Counted from the stretch's first letter, positions 27,501-40,218 are shown. The stretch is 64,000 bases of DNA from Nemertoderma westbladi (GCA_032718475.1 JAUCBJ010003773.1:107448-171447), one strand, 5' to 3'. Notes: generated by a model not told the origin, from the sequence alone. Made by a program: numbers and translations.

Positions 27501-28938
27501 GGACAATGACAAGATGAAAATGGAAATACATCAATTAACATCGAATTTGGAAAAATATAGATTTGAATGTGAATCCCTGCAGGAACAAGAGAAAATGTAT
27601 GAAACTCAATGTCACAACCTGGAAATAAAAGTTAGAGAATTCTCAGAAAAGAAAGACTCCTTGGAAGATGATATCAAGGATGTAAAAGACTCAATATTGA
27701 GTAAAAATAGAGATCTTGCACTCCTTGAAGGAGAGGTGAGGAACAATCGCGCTCATCTTCATCAAATCCACGAAGACACATCAAGGATTGGGTCGCAGAT
27801 GGCTGGAGTCACAGAAGAAAGAATGGGTCATGCGAAAAAAATGGAAATATTGCGTCTTCACATATCCCAAGAGGAAAAAGAGCTTATTCGTTGTCAAGAT
27901 GAGGTGGCAAAAAGTAAGGCGGAACATGGAGATATTCTGAAAGAGATTCGTGATTCTATACAAAGTCGCGATATGATCAAGGCAGAAATTGACCAAATGC
28001 AAGAATCGATATCGAGAAATAGAGTAGTTTTATCCTCACATATTGAATCGGAAAGACAAAAGGAAGATGAAATTAACCGATTGCAGGAACAAACTGATAT
28101 AATTAAAAATGAGTTGCTTTTGAAAGATAATGAATTAGAAGAATGCTTGAATCATTTGAAGGAAGTTAATTCCGAGTTGAATAAAAGAAAACATGATATG
28201 GATAAGAGTAATGAAGAGTTGCATAATTTGAAAAATAACCTTAACAATATGACGTTGGATGCAGAATCAATGTTAAAACAACAGCAGAAAATTTTGGAAC
28301 TCGAGCGGCAGATTGACTGTTTAAATGAAACTTTGGGAAAAAAACAATTTGAATACGATGCCATGGTAATACAGTATGAGGATTCCAAAATGGCAGCAAT
28401 GAAAGAGATTGGGATTATGGTTGAGGCTCAGTATAAACTCAATGTTCTCCAGTTGGAACTTGATGCTGTGTGTGAAGAGGCAGATAAGCTTGAAGATGAC
28501 ATTGATAATTATAAGAAGGAGAGATATAGTCATGGCGAAGTCATAGGAGACACATTTTGGTCTGATTTTAAGAACCATAACGATATGGATGCTGATTTTG
28601 ATGAATTCATTGATTTCCATATCCAAGAAAAACTTAACAAGATAAAGGAACTCAAATTGAAGCGGCAGGTGATCCAAGTTCAACTAAAAGATGCGAGTGA
28701 CCCAATATTGGATCTTAGGAAACGTTTTCTTGTAGGGGGGCAGGGATCGGTTAACATTCTATATGAATCACAAACAAAACTCGACCAAGAATATATAAAT
28801 AAAGAAGTTGATGAATCCAGTAGTTTGCGAAATGAGAAAGTTAAAACTGCTGAAATGATGGACCGGTTAAGAAAAAAACTTTCGAATTTAGATACTATTG
28901 TTGGTACAGAATATAACCATAATAATACAATAAATTAG
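24511..28938 (+). CDS. Centriolin/CEP110-like long coiled-coil protein (1475 aa from first ATG), single exon, no LRR domain
   Basis: 4.4-kb uninterrupted ORF; AAAATGG start context; AATAAA at 28993-28998. Motifs ANESLRKELEETLLGLREYM, EGYIDPKQL and KCNIPEHHSME resemble, from memory, centriolin ANEALKKDLEG..SGLQEYL, DGLVRPEEV and CNVPEHHNLE in the same order. Confidence 0.75.
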   Translation: MAASRDSSERSLRINRGRSKHGDLPRQLDQMIDLISEETQGIHLMDQHIFGEADVANESLRKELEETLLGLREYMKNVKSQTERLNKDYESLLNSHEKDEKVINELRNENSKLSLSVEDQRKQSIENGKLCERILEIEQSNKELSLQLSKQPSTKQIDNWKHSEKELTVLKDTTSALEKVNKDLVNQIQTLTVQQGMLEKEVSQNESTKEYVNELMIEVANLAATNEKLQERMETQHSDFETQLEGYIDPKQLFTQILQLCECMSKEESCTSLNNENNISCSLLLRIQNTFQNKLSEWHQERDQCNHQLNKASLEIKALLSKMEDMDDKSKHELQKVVLDKIDAEVIWQNTLDSVKVKLESSEREMSTMRAQMIEFTSIETQHMQQCSDYENTISELQENLKKTDKKLNTLKDEHAKVLNDHGVLVENMLIKTEGLNSDIHRLESENNNMNNKFETEHEEVRRLEEEIHIAENEIAKNYGNIDNNNQTISGQEQFIKKLKKDISDNNRETQHLQSHIDGLISQIREGDVIGNLGAELSNIKSRMQHQMEHINDLAENVDFVREESILVKCNIPEHHSMEFRIESLKKSIGKYHNTEKLDNLIQIKKDELESISLSVNRESGNRMRIENELHNMQVERDMLANDLGTLRRSLDRSKDIKDLLDETDVNKNIEMHAKLMDEIETMVETFEKRDNELREIEKIIIEYEASYHKLNKELCTLNNNITERKDEYSDLQVVSEELLHENGQISNEVALKKKLILTLSEELMRVDNERITTVDDLKTIQKTITSKNSEFQELSTDVKKLKNSIDILKVQHEELCSTVKYNEMAIVEKRSLLSEIENKYHSTKTDLATHEMEIGKLRSERSLLQGDTHQKQLELKRLISDGDDELDSIHKSIKNKEAEFDNLLKHQDELQLRIVEMKSEITKLTSLTNTESNKLSDLQAAKKILNSESKHLEEHLSLERMELSNIREQHSEKLVELEQVHGSLLEATSELERVHTDNDKMKMEIHQLTSNLEKYRFECESLQEQEKMYETQCHNLEIKVREFSEKKDSLEDDIKDVKDSILSKNRDLALLEGEVRNNRAHLHQIHEDTSRIGSQMAGVTEERMGHAKKMEILRLHISQEEKELIRCQDEVAKSKAEHGDILKEIRDSIQSRDMIKAEIDQMQESISRNRVVLSSHIESERQKEDEINRLQEQTDIIKNELLLKDNELEECLNHLKEVNSELNKRKHDMDKSNEELHNLKNNLNNMTLDAESMLKQQQKILELERQIDCLNETLGKKQFEYDAMVIQYEDSKMAAMKEIGIMVEAQYKLNVLQLELDAVCEEADKLEDDIDNYKKERYSHGEVIGDTFWSDFKNHNDMDADFDEFIDFHIQEKLNKIKELKLKRQVIQVQLKDASDPILDLRKRFLVGGQGSVNILYESQTKLDQEYINKEVDESSSLRNEKVKTAEMMDRLRKKLSNLDTIVGTEYNHNNTIN

Positions 28939-29172
28939 CAATTCAAATGCATGGATGATTCAAAGCTTTAATGAAATTAGTAGGAACATTCGAATAAATA
29001 ATGTCTTCTTACTCGAGGAATAAGGTATAACACACAATACCGCTAAGAAGAATGGGATTTATAGTGGGATTATTTTTGAGGTTACTAAAAGTTAATTTTA
29101 ACTCCAGCCCTTATGTTAATTAGTTAAAAAAAACAGGTTAAAATGTCAAGGAATTGAACTTTACACCAATAA

Positions 29173-29430
29173 GCGTGTCGCAGTGTCCGAGTGGATACGG
29201 CGCCTGAACTGCTTACACAATAGTGCTTCGTGGTGCAGGTTCGAATCCGACTAAAGGCTGTAGAAATTTCGCACTGTTGTGTCCCTAGGCAAGACACTTT
29301 AGACATTAGTGCCTACGTCAACCCAGCGGTATAATGGGAACCTGGCTTTGCTGGGGTAATGATAATAAAAGCGCTTTGAGTATGCTGAGCGTAGAAAAGC
29401 GCTATATAAATAACCAATATTATTATTATT
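29173..29430 (+). mobile_element. tRNA-derived SINE with CORE-like central domain and L2-type tail
   Basis: A-box-like GTCCGAGTGG, B box GGTTCGAATCC (29238-29248), TGTGTCCCTAGGCAAGACACTT domain, AAGCGCTTTGAG...GAAAAGCGCTATATAAAT tail ending in (TAT)n. Confidence 0.85.
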
Positions 29431-29530
29431 AATATTAATAAATTTTTTCATATAATGTAAAACAGTTGAAGGATAAATGAACAATTAAGACTACATGTTA
29501 ATTTGATAGATGTCAAATATAACTTATTGA

Positions 29531-29785
29531 GACAGGGGTGGGGGGGGGGGGGGGGCTGGACGCAAAACCCGCCTTGGCGAATTAATATCCCGCCTCAATG
29601 TTAAATTCTCAATTTAGCGAAAGTAGCAGGTTACAGTGGCACGTTATTTTAACCAAAACAATAAACTAGACACAATAGAACAGGTTACAGTTTTATTTTT
29701 GAGTGTAATCAGCTGTTATTTGCGTCGAATTTTCCCTGGAGAGGGATGAATTTTTATTGCGTCCAGTTCCCCCCTCCCCCCTATC
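29531..29785 (+). mobile_element. ~250-bp MITE
   Basis: Inverted ends GGGG-CTGGACGCAA / TTGCGTCCAG-TTCCCC; same family as 160-405 and 2810-3042. Confidence 0.8.
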
Positions 29786-30809
29786 TTGACTTGTTTGCGT
29801 TCAAATATTCCAATGACGACGACGACAACAGACGCTTCACTAATTATACTGTTATAATATAATATATATAATATTATTAAGGATAACATAGACTTCGTGG
29901 CTCGCCCCACACTATAACATCAAATCTGGAAAATGTTTTGTTAATGTTATTCAATATCTTTTGTTTATGTTTTTGATTATTAATGTCAATGGAGAACCAC
30001 TTTGTATTTCTTTGCATCCACTGAACTGACTTATTAAAAATGTATCAATAGTAAAGGGCAATAATATTTAAGTTTATTACAAAGCAGCGCAGTTATTATA
30101 AAACTGTTCTCATGAAATGGATTGGATGATGTCTTTCCATTCATCTTTTATCAATTAATAAAAACTATTTGACTCCAACTGTACTAAATTTATAATTGGC
30201 ATTAAGAGATGGAGAGCGTTGGGGAGGTTATGTAATCAGATAATCAGACATAATTATGTTTTCAGATTCAGGATAAGTGAATTTTGAGTATTACTGAGTA
30301 TTGAATATTTTACAACTTTGTGCTTAAAGCAAACTTTACAATAAGCTGAAGGCTAATCTGAGTGAATGAGTGCAATTAAAGATTTGATAATGTAAAGTAC
30401 TTTGCTAAATGTCCGTCTTAGATTTACGAATCTTACGGTATCAAACGACTTTTAATGGAAAATCTGCATTGAAACTCTTCATCAATATTACTGTGAAATC
30501 TTTCGCAGAATTTCTTAAATTTTGGGACTCGAATCGACAGAACATTAAAGTGGAAAATGTTAGCACATAATTAAAAAATACCTTCAATGGCTAAACAATG
30601 TTGTTGAAATTGGTATCGCCGTATACGGTGGTAGTGCTGGTATAAATATTGGATCCAAATTCATTATTAATAAAATGATATTGTTTGTAGATGAAAACTC
30701 ACTGGCAATGCCACTAAGTTTCAGGTTTAGTAAGTAAAATGCAAAATTTCTGATCTAGCGCAGTAATGTAAAGTGCTAGCGATATTTCCGTTCGATCTAC
30801 GTACACATA

Positions 30810-32940
30810 CGTTATCGGCATGCTACATTGCATAGCTGCATTATATATATATATTTTAAGAATGCTATGCCGACTTAATGACAACGTTTGCGCCGCCACA
30901 ACTCCCTATCACCCATGACATTTGCTAGATCATCCGCATCTTCAAGGCCAGTGTCCTTTAAGATGCGTCTCAAGAAAGTCATTGGCTGTCCACCATGCTT
31001 ATTCACTCCATGAAGCTGCCAAACTACACGATTATGCACTGGCTGGTCCTCACGGCGAAAGCATTGTCGAGCAAAGCTGAGGTTTTTCCGTTCAAGTGTC
31101 AAGCTAGAGGAGACTAATGGAACATTTCCGATGTTTTTTAGAGTCTGGTTGGAGATGTGTTAATTGTACTTGACACAATCAACCCGGCGTAGCATTCTTG
31201 TTCAAGTGCCATCAAGAGATTTGGTGTCCTCTGTAGTTAGAGCCCAGCATGGGTTGCCTTATAAGAGTACTCAGGTACTACTGCTGCCCTAAATAATCAA
31301 AGCTTGAGGTTCCATTTTATTCTATGGGACTTCCACATCCTGGACAGACTATTCAATGCTGCATATTCTTTCCACAGTAAGTATCCGAAAGTCTTCAACT
31401 GACTTCCGGATCCATGATCCCAAGTAGCAGAAGTCAACCTCATGGTCGCTCAAGCAAGCCATTCCTGGAGCATATTCTCATATGATCAGACATTTACTGA
31501 GGGCTGTTGAGGTTAACTCTCATAATTTTGGTCTTCTTGGAGTTTTCTAAAAGACCAACACTAGAAGCTGTCTGCACAAAATAGCAGTGGAGGCATTTTG
31601 CTCCCTCTAGTGATTCTGACAGTACCTCTAAATCAGCACCGTCGAAATCAGTAATGCTGAAATTCATTTACCTATTGAACCAGTAGGGGGTGTAACCATC
31701 ACCCAATCTTTATTATGATCTAAGGGCTTGGGTAGAACATAAACATCCACAAGTGTGAACAATAATAGTGGCAGTTATGGGAAATCATGAAAGACTCTCT
31801 ATAGGACATCGAGTGGATCTGTATCACCATCAGCAGTAGACACAAATGTGGTGGAACCATCATACAGTGATCTGATTGCTGCAATAATTTCCTCAGGAAT
31901 CCCATATGCTGTTATAAAGGTTGCATATAAAATATCAATATATAAGTAATATAATGTCATATAATATTCTTAGTTCAACAATGGTTAATAATAACTATTA
32001 TGATATATATATACCGAACGACAGAGCCCTGAATACCAATCACAGCCAAATGTCTGTCTTCTTTTGTTGTTGACTCTTCAATCAGTCATCTTCTAAGCAC
32101 CAGAATAGGTTTCATGGCTCAACGACCTTTACAGAACTCATTATGTTCCCCATATAACAATATCTCAAATGGATCCGATTCAATCGAATATAATTATGTT
32201 GTATAACTTTGCAGCATTCGAGATAAACGATATTCCCCGAAAAGATCCATAGATTGTTAGGTTACTTGTCTTGGGTGCAGGACCCCCTTATTTGCTTTCA
32301 TTTCTTGTGGGACTCTGTTCGTTCTGTTCATGTCTAGGCTAATTTGATCAATGTGCTGAAAATACTCAAGAATCTTAAAGACCTCAGGGGAATTGTCATC
32401 CCATGTCTCAAATGGGTACGGTATATCTGTTAGTCACTCGATGTATCACAGACTCAGACACTCGATGTATCACAGACTCAGACACTCGATGTATCACAGA
32501 CTCAGACACTCGATGTATCACAAAGATATCAGGCAATACTCCCCTCGCTATAGAGAGATGGCGATGTTGATTTCAATTAAAGTCACCCAGGAAAGTTAAG
32601 AATGCATGCTGATTAACTCCATCAGTAGCTGTTTCTAGACTATGGAAGAAATATTCACCTCTTCTTCTGGGGCAACACTATGTGAATACCACACAATCAG
32701 GACCAACTTAGGAAACTCCAGAACACTATAGAAGTGGCAACGGATGATGCAGTTGGTGATTTGTCTATATAGTTCAATGCTCCATGATCAGTTGGGTTCA
32801 TTAATAGACCAATTCTTCCATTACCACTGTCATCTAATGGCGCAAGTGCAAGTCTCCAAACACTCTCCATGTCCTTAATCAGAACCTTGTCATTCCGCTC
32901 AGTCCGCATTCGGTGCTCTTACACCCACAGTTTCATCGCT
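30810..32940 (-). mobile_element. Degenerate RTE-like LINE (APE remnant, RT, 3' UTR)
   Basis: Collinear with 37120-38798 but with many stops and indels. EHRMRTE...SGNGRIGLLM APE-like peptide near 32750-32920. 24-bp unit amplified ~3.5x at 32436-32522. Confidence 0.85.
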
Positions 32941-35069
32941 AAGTCAAAGCTTGTCTGCTATTGATAAATACTAACAGTGAAATATAATTAACTTTGAAGA
33001 TTATTATAATTGGTGAAACTCCTTCAGCCTGCAAGAAACATGATGGCATAAAATTGAAAACCTTTATTTGATCATGTTTTATCAGATGCAGCAGATATAT
33101 GATAGATATAAATGTAATCAATAATGTTTTTCTATAGTCGAAAGAATCATATTGTAAACCATTGTGACAAATGTCAATAGAATATGTTTCTTATGAATAT
33201 TCCTCACAACTCCCCATTACTGAAGGAACATGCGTCTGATTACAAGCGATCATGTTACATGGTTGGATCTACCTACATCTACATCAGCATTATATAAGTA
33301 GTGACGGACGGATACATTAGGTTATATTCTAATGTACCTCATGAAGTATCTTGTCAGTCAATAAAGGTCGCAAATAACTTGATGATATAAGATCTATTTA
33401 TTATTAATATAGTTTGCCTGTACTTATTTGTGCAGCAGGGATTCAAAACTAATTTCCCAGTGCTGTCCAAGATGTATTAGTAGAGTTTATTTATTCATTA
33501 CAATATATTAATCGAGCCGCCCTTTAATCTTTATCATATTGCTTGAAATTTGAAACACAACTAGTTCAACTCACCGTGGTTGTTATAATGGAAGTCCGTA
33601 TGATCCTTATAATGGTCCGTGCCATCAGAAAATGACACTATATTATGCGAGTCATATCACTATATGTTTAGGTCAATCTAGCAAAACCCCCTACAATAAA
33701 ATGGAATACATAACATTTTTTTAATTTTGAAACATTTTGAAAAGAACGCGGTGTATTATTATTAAAGGAACAAACAGCTGTATAACCTGCTTTTAGTGTT
33801 CCAGTTCGTTTCGCAAGAAACATACGTATTGCTGTTGTATTCAACAAACATATATTTTCATTAACATTATTGACGAATGTTTGATGCTGGTCTATTGTTG
33901 CTTACGAGTTTGATATACTGATTTTCGAGGTCGCTGGTCACGATGAAACTAGTTATAAATATGTCTATTAAATGCAAACCCAATTTTGGTTCCATTCTGG
34001 TGCCCCAGAACGAAAAGTATAAGTAGCACAAAATTATAAACTGTTAAATTTTGCCTTTGGTTTGGTAATTCTGAAGCTATACTGGTTTTCAAGGTCGCTG
34101 ATCTGATACAACTCGTTAAAAATAATTAGTTTTTAACGCAACTATCATTTTTGGTGTTTTTCAGGTGGTATGAAAATTACAAGGTCAAAAATTTTAAACG
34201 TCAAAAATCGAATTTGGTTGCAAAATACGATATTTTTGAGTGTCATATTCGTGATCAGCATCCCAAAACCCCATATGATCATAAATAAATTTGATTTTGT
34301 GGTGATTTTTCATTATCATATTTGCACTACTTGTTTTTTTCGTGCGCCAGGTGGCACATTCAAAATTAAAAATTTTTCTCGAATCTTATTTTTTTGACTA
34401 TAATTTTGATATATATATGATATATAATTCTATAAACGTGATCAGTGTCCAAAAAACCGATATATACCGCAAATAAATTAATTGTAGCGAATTTTTAAAC
34501 TTTTGAAAATTTTAGTTCGAAAAATACTGGAGATGGGTGCCAGAAAGGGACCGCAGCATGAAAACTAACATAGCCATGTAAATGACGTTTGTTCTATTGA
34601 ATAGCCCATTAAATTTTAGGAAAAGTCATGAAATCTCGGTTTTCCCAACAAACCTGACTCAAAGTTACAGATAAATTACAAACAAATTTCTAAAATTACC
34701 CCCCCCCCTCCCACGGGGACAAAAATACCGTGTAACTTACAATATCATTACCCGTAGACTTTTTGGTTACCCATATGATTGGATTGTCTCCTATATGTGC
34801 GGTTCTCTCAATATTCCCAAGTTAATACACATTCGATACGGTATCTCTTATGTCCAGAGTCAGTAACACTGAAATCATTATCCTTCAGGCGGTATCCACT
34901 GCAGCGGTAACCACCTCTAGGATCGCTCTTACTGAAATTCAATAACGTAATCTGTATTATTACTGTATTTCTTTTTTTTATTTTTGGTCAGTTGCGTGGA
35001 CTTTATATATATTAATTGTGCTACTTTTCCTACTTTGTGTTTTTGTTTTTGGTTATACGTTTTTAGTAT

Positions 35070-35500
35070 GGGCCTTGGTGAACCTATGCTCTCTATCTGC
35101 TGAAGAAATCCAAAGGGATATGTACAATGCTACGTCGGGTTAACTGTACCAAGTACAATGCATTCATCTACAACCAGAACCAGACCGTATTGTGTAGCTT
35201 AATCATTAATCCCCACAAGCTTGGCACTTGAGCAGAGCCTCCTCCACTTTGCAGGACATTACTTTCGCTGTGCGGACCAGCCATTGCATAATATTGGCGT
35301 AAATATGGGCAAGGTCGACCTCAACAGCCCATGAATCTTTTACGAAAACCCTCTTTTTGGTCACTGACCTTGGAGATGGTGATAATCTCGCAGAATTCAT
35401 GGGGATAATCAGTTGAGGCAGCGCAATTTTGGTGATAAATCGGTTTACGAATAATCTCAAAGGAGATTGCATAGCAGCTGCTGCATATATTCCGATTATG
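35070..35500 (+). mobile_element. Diverged RTE-like LINE 3' fragment
   Basis: MLRRVNCTKYNAFIYNQ and HFAGHYFRCADQPLHN peptides match the RT C-terminus of the same family. Confidence 0.7.
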
Positions 35501-35700
35501 GGCAGTGGAAGCCCGTTGTTTAGCTGAAACATTGTGGTCAGATATTAATATTCTTGGAACATATGTTAAAAGGAGACAGGTGCAGGTGTGCTTCCTAGAT
35601 CTGAAAATACAAGTGATTTTCCATAAATTCAAGACTACACTTATTGTTATGTGATCATATCAATACAATTTTAACTTTATTATTGTTTGTGACCCTCTAG

Positions 35701-35811
35701 GTAGTAATTACTGTCCGCGATATTTCGACGGCTGGGGTTGTTGGTCCGATACTCCGAATGGGTCGCTAGCTATTATACCTTGCCCTCCTCTCAGCGATTT
35801 CAATGTCTCAA
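35701..35811 (+). CDS. Class B1 GPCR exon (hormone-binding domain)
   Basis: CTCTAG/GTAAGT boundaries; GSNYCPRYFDGWGCWSDTPNGSLAIIPCPPLSDFNVS (C-x3-FDG-x2-CW...CP signature). Confidence 0.93.
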
Positions 35812-36517
35812 GTAAGTTATACATTTACTAATTAAATATAGATTTAATATTAATTAAACTGGACTTTGGTACGTTGAATCACACTGTTGAATTTGAAGCA
35901 AATAAAATGTAGAATTTTAGATTATTGTGTTGTTTCAGCATTGGAATCCTTTTAATTCTCATATATAATGAAAACATGTCAAATATTTAAGTTTGTTCTA
36001 GAAAGCCTTATTGGATAGTTACAATAACTATTGAATGCAGCATTGAAATGAATTTAATCTGTCTGTATAATAATAGTACAGCAACCTCGTCTGCCCATTA
36101 GCATTTCCTGCATACATTGCATACATACACACTCTTATAATATATGTTTTAAATTCCATTATGATTAAATAAATCTACAATTTGATTACACCTTAATATG
36201 CTTTATAAATAAATATTTATTGTTGCACATTTTTAGTCGTGTAGGAAAGCGATAGTAAATAGGGTCTAGGGTTGGTGCGCGAAAAAATTGCATGTGAATA
36301 ATTACTGTAAATGCCCTTGTTAACATAAATTTTAAGATTTATTCACCCCAAAAAGGGTGTAAATTTTCTTTTTCTTATTATTATTAGGCATGTGGACATA
36401 AGCCACAGTCCGTCTTTTGAATTAGCAAAATAGCGGAAAGAAACCAATAAGATTATTACATATCAACCAGTAGGCCTACTCTTTGAGTTAATTTGGTGAA
36501 ATTAGATCAATTTCTAA

Positions 36518-39320
36518 TAGGGTTGGTGCGCGAAAAAATTGTTGGGCTAGAAACAAATGAACAAGGGGTAAGAAGGTGTCGTGAATCGAGTGGCGGGGTG
36601 TGTTTTTTGTTAAAAGACGAGGAAACGGTCGAAACGGCGGGTTTAAGTAAGCGATGGAAGCCAATTTTGAAAATCGGCTGTGATTGGCTGCTACATATTT
36701 GACGTCATTACGCAGTGATCTGATAATTTTTTCTCTTGGTTTCTATGGAGAGAGATATCCGATCGATTCAAATACACATTAAATCTCAATCATTTCATAC
36801 GTGGCTTATATCAATTGAAAGCGGAGAGTCTTGCGCGTCATTTTACACTACAATTAATTAAATTCAAAAATGTGAAGATTAATAAAATGCTGTTTACAAT
36901 TACAAACTCGGCAGATTCCCTGACCTGTATGTAAGCACTCAGCCTATTGCAGTATCTGAGTATTGCAGATTTACTTCATTATGTAGGGTTTACAGGTGAC
37001 CGGTACACATTTTTAATATTCAAGTAGCAGCTACTGCCAATTATTACTGTATTATAGTACCGGCTGACCGGTATTACAAGTTTGGAGTTATTTTAAATCT
37101 AATCTACCGTAATCAATACTACTACTACTACTAGGATCGGCATGCTGCATTGCAGCTGCATTTTTAAGAATGCTGTGCCGGCTTGTCAACAAAATTGCAC
37201 CGCCACAACTCCCTATCACCCATGACATTTGCTAGATCATCCGCATCTTTAAGGCCAGTGTCCTTTAAGATGCGTCTCAAGAAAGTCATGGGCTGTCCAC
37301 CATGCTTATTCACTCCATGAGGCTGCCAAAGTACAAGATTATGCACTGGCTGGTCCTCACGGCGAAAGCAATGTCCTGCAAAGCGGAGGCGATTTTGTTC
37401 TAGTGTCAAGCTTGGAGGAACCAATGAGACACCTCCAATGTTATATAGTGTCTGGTTGGAGATGTGTGCATTGTACTTGACACAATGTACCCGGCGTAGC
37501 ATTCTTGTGAATGTACCATCCAGAGATTTGGTGTCCTCAGCAGTTAGAGCCCAGCATGGACTCCCGTAGAGGAGTACTGGAACTACTGCTGCTCTAAATA
37601 ATCGGAACTTAAGTTTCCGATTAATTCTCGGTGACTTCCAAATCCTGGAAAGCATATTCAAGGCTGCCCATGCCTTTCCCTTACGAGTTCGAAGGTCCTC
37701 ACCTGACTTCCGGATCCATGATCCCAGGTAACAGAAGTCGTCCACATGCTCAAGCATACCATCCTTTGAGCTTATGCTCATCCGATCAGAGACTTGCTGA
37801 GGACTTTCAAAGTTAACTGTCAGAATTTTGGTCTTTCTGGAGTTAATAAAAAGACCAACACTAGAAGCAGCATGTTCTAATGAGCTGAGGAGCCGTTGGG
37901 CTCCCTCTAATGATTCTGAGAGTACTCCTAAGTCATCAGCAAAGTCTAGATCAGTTAGGTACTTGGCAGGATTTCCTCGACTTCTGGAGCCAGTAGGTGG
38001 AGTTATCATCACCCCATCATCATTATAATGATCTAAGGACATGCGTAGAACATAGTCAACCACAATAATGAACAAGAATGGTGCAAGTGTGTCTCCTTGG
38101 AGGACGCCCCATAACACTTCAAATGGTTCTGTGTCACCGTCAACAGTAGACACAAATGTTGTCGAACCATCATTTACTGATCTGATTGCTGCAATAATTT
38201 CATCAGGAATCCCATATAATGAAAGTATGCTGAACATACGTGAGCGAGAGACTGAATCAAAGGCCTTGAAGAAGTCAACAAAAATAACAGCCAGATGCCT
38301 GTCTTTCTTTTTTGATAACTCTTCAATTATCCTTCTAAGTGCCAAAATGGGCTCCATGGTCCCACGACCTTTACGGAACCCATTCTGATTTCCACGGAGC
38401 AGTCTCTCAATGGGATCCCTGATGCGATTTAATAGAATCCTATTGTATAGCTTTGCAGCAATCGAGATCAATGAGATTCCCCGAAAAGAACCATAGAGTG
38501 TTAGGTTGCCCTTCTTGGGAACTGGCACCAACTTATTTGTTTTCATTTCTTGTGGGACTCTTGTTGTTCGGTACATGTCTACTATGATGGGATAGATGAG
38601 CTTTAAACACTCAGGTATTTTAAAGACCTCAGGGGGAACACCATCTACTCCACTGGCACGATTGGTCTTAATGCTCTTTGCAGCAGCCTTCACTTCTGCA
38701 AAGGAGATATCGCCAATGGGAATATCTGGGAGTACAGACTCAGACACTTTTACTTCTATAAAGTTATCAGGCAATACCCTGTCATTATTGAGTAGCCTGT
38801 AATCAATACAGTTTGGAATGCAGTACCGGTATTGCTGCTGCAAATACAGCTGAGTACATATATTTATCAATGTTCCTCATCATGAATTTAATTAATTTTA
38901 GTGTCAAAATATGCCCAAGAATCACCGCTTTCATATGATATATAAGCCACGTGTGGAATGATTGAGATTTAATGTGTATTTTAATAGACAATGAGTTAGT
39001 GCGTAAGAACCTTTTTCTTAGTGACAAAAAAACCGGTGACCTGGGCAAAAATCTATTTAATGTGTATTTGAATCGATCGAAAATCTCTCTCCATAGAAAC
39101 CAAGATAAATCCAATTATCAGATCACTGCGTAATGACGTTAAATATGTAGCAGCCAATCACAGCCGATTTTCAAAATTGGCCTACCGCGCTTCAACCCGC
39201 AATTTCGACTGTTTCTTCGTGTTTTTACATAAAAACACACCCCGCCATTCGATTCAGAGCACCTTGTTACCCTTTATTCAATTGTTTCTAACCCAACAAT
39301 TTTTTTGCGCACCAACCCTA
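36518..39320. mobile_element. Non-autonomous DNA transposon with ~370-bp imperfect TIRs, interrupted by a LINE
   Basis: 36518-36890 is the inverted copy of ~38865-39320 (TAGGGTTGGTGCGC...CAATTTTGAAAATCGGCTGTGATTGGCTGCTACATATTT...); superfamily uncertain. Confidence 0.8.
37120..38798 (-). mobile_element. Young 5'-truncated RTE-like LINE with open RT frame
   Basis: QNGFRKGR, FVDFFKAFDSV, GVLQGDTLAP, LDFADD. (TAG)n tail. 11-bp TSD GTAATCAATAC at 37109-37119 and 38799-38809. Confidence 0.93.
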
Positions 39321-40071
39321 TTAGAAAAATATTTACACTAAAAGCCAATTATTGTTGATGTAACACTGGGATATCATTAACAACGATTTTAGAGTTTTCC
39401 CTTGTAATGCCATAAAAAATAATTGGACATGTTGGACAAGTTGTGGATGACTGGAAGGGCACCCTTGAAGCCATTCAACAAGTCAATTATGGTGTAATAT
39501 AAAATAAATAAGTAAATAAATTAACTTGCAAAGCGGATAGTAAATAATGAATTGCTTTGGATTATATTTACATTGATATTATCTAAAAACAGGACCTTAA
39601 AATGTGCATCACAGGCATCTTATTGCACTGACCTCGATGTATTTTTTACGAATACTCATAAATCCTGAAGTTGAATTAAATGAAGTTAGAAATAAGTTTT
39701 GAAGCTTCCAAGTACTGAGACTAATTTAAATTTCGCCATTAAAAACAAAAAAGGCAGAAACTACCATTTGTTAATTATATTAATTATTAATTAATATTTA
39801 ATATTTGTTAATTAATATGGTCAGTAGGTACCAGTACATAGTACAAAATGCTCAATACTGTAGGCCAATGTTATAATATTAAAACGGCTGGTGTCTGGAG
39901 TCCTTATTATTGAGTTAAGATCTCTCGGAAGCGCAGTCCGACACCAAACGATACCAAGTCCGAGCCGGATAGCTGCGTCAACCACTACGGAGGCAAAGCG
40001 AACTGGACCGGAGGAGGGCGAATTGTAGTGGCCGACGAATGGGGTTTCCAACAGTGTGCATAATATAGTGA

Positions 40072-40153
40072 ACTTTTAAAAAAAAATTTGTTGACAAGCC
40101 GGCACAGCATTCTTAAAAATGCAGCTGCAATGCAGCATGCCGATCCTAGTAGT
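40072..40153 (+). mobile_element. ~80-bp extreme 3' fragment of the RTE-like LINE
   Basis: Matches the LINE 3' end (TTGTTGACAAGCCGGCACAGC...CCGATCCTAGTAGT); 12-bp TSD ATAATATAGTGA at 40060-40071 and 40154-40165. Confidence 0.9.
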
Positions 40154-40218
40154 ATAATATAGTGAGTGACAAGTTATATAGTTATACAGTATATAGACCA
40201 TTAATATTCTTATTACAG

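Noticed and set aside
38799-38870. N-terminus of the 568-aa RT ORF as a real start
   Set aside because: It lies in and beyond the TSD, so it is flanking DNA that happens to be in frame; the LINE is 5'-truncated.
39860-40053. Possible solo LTR
   Set aside because: No TSD or partner LTR found.
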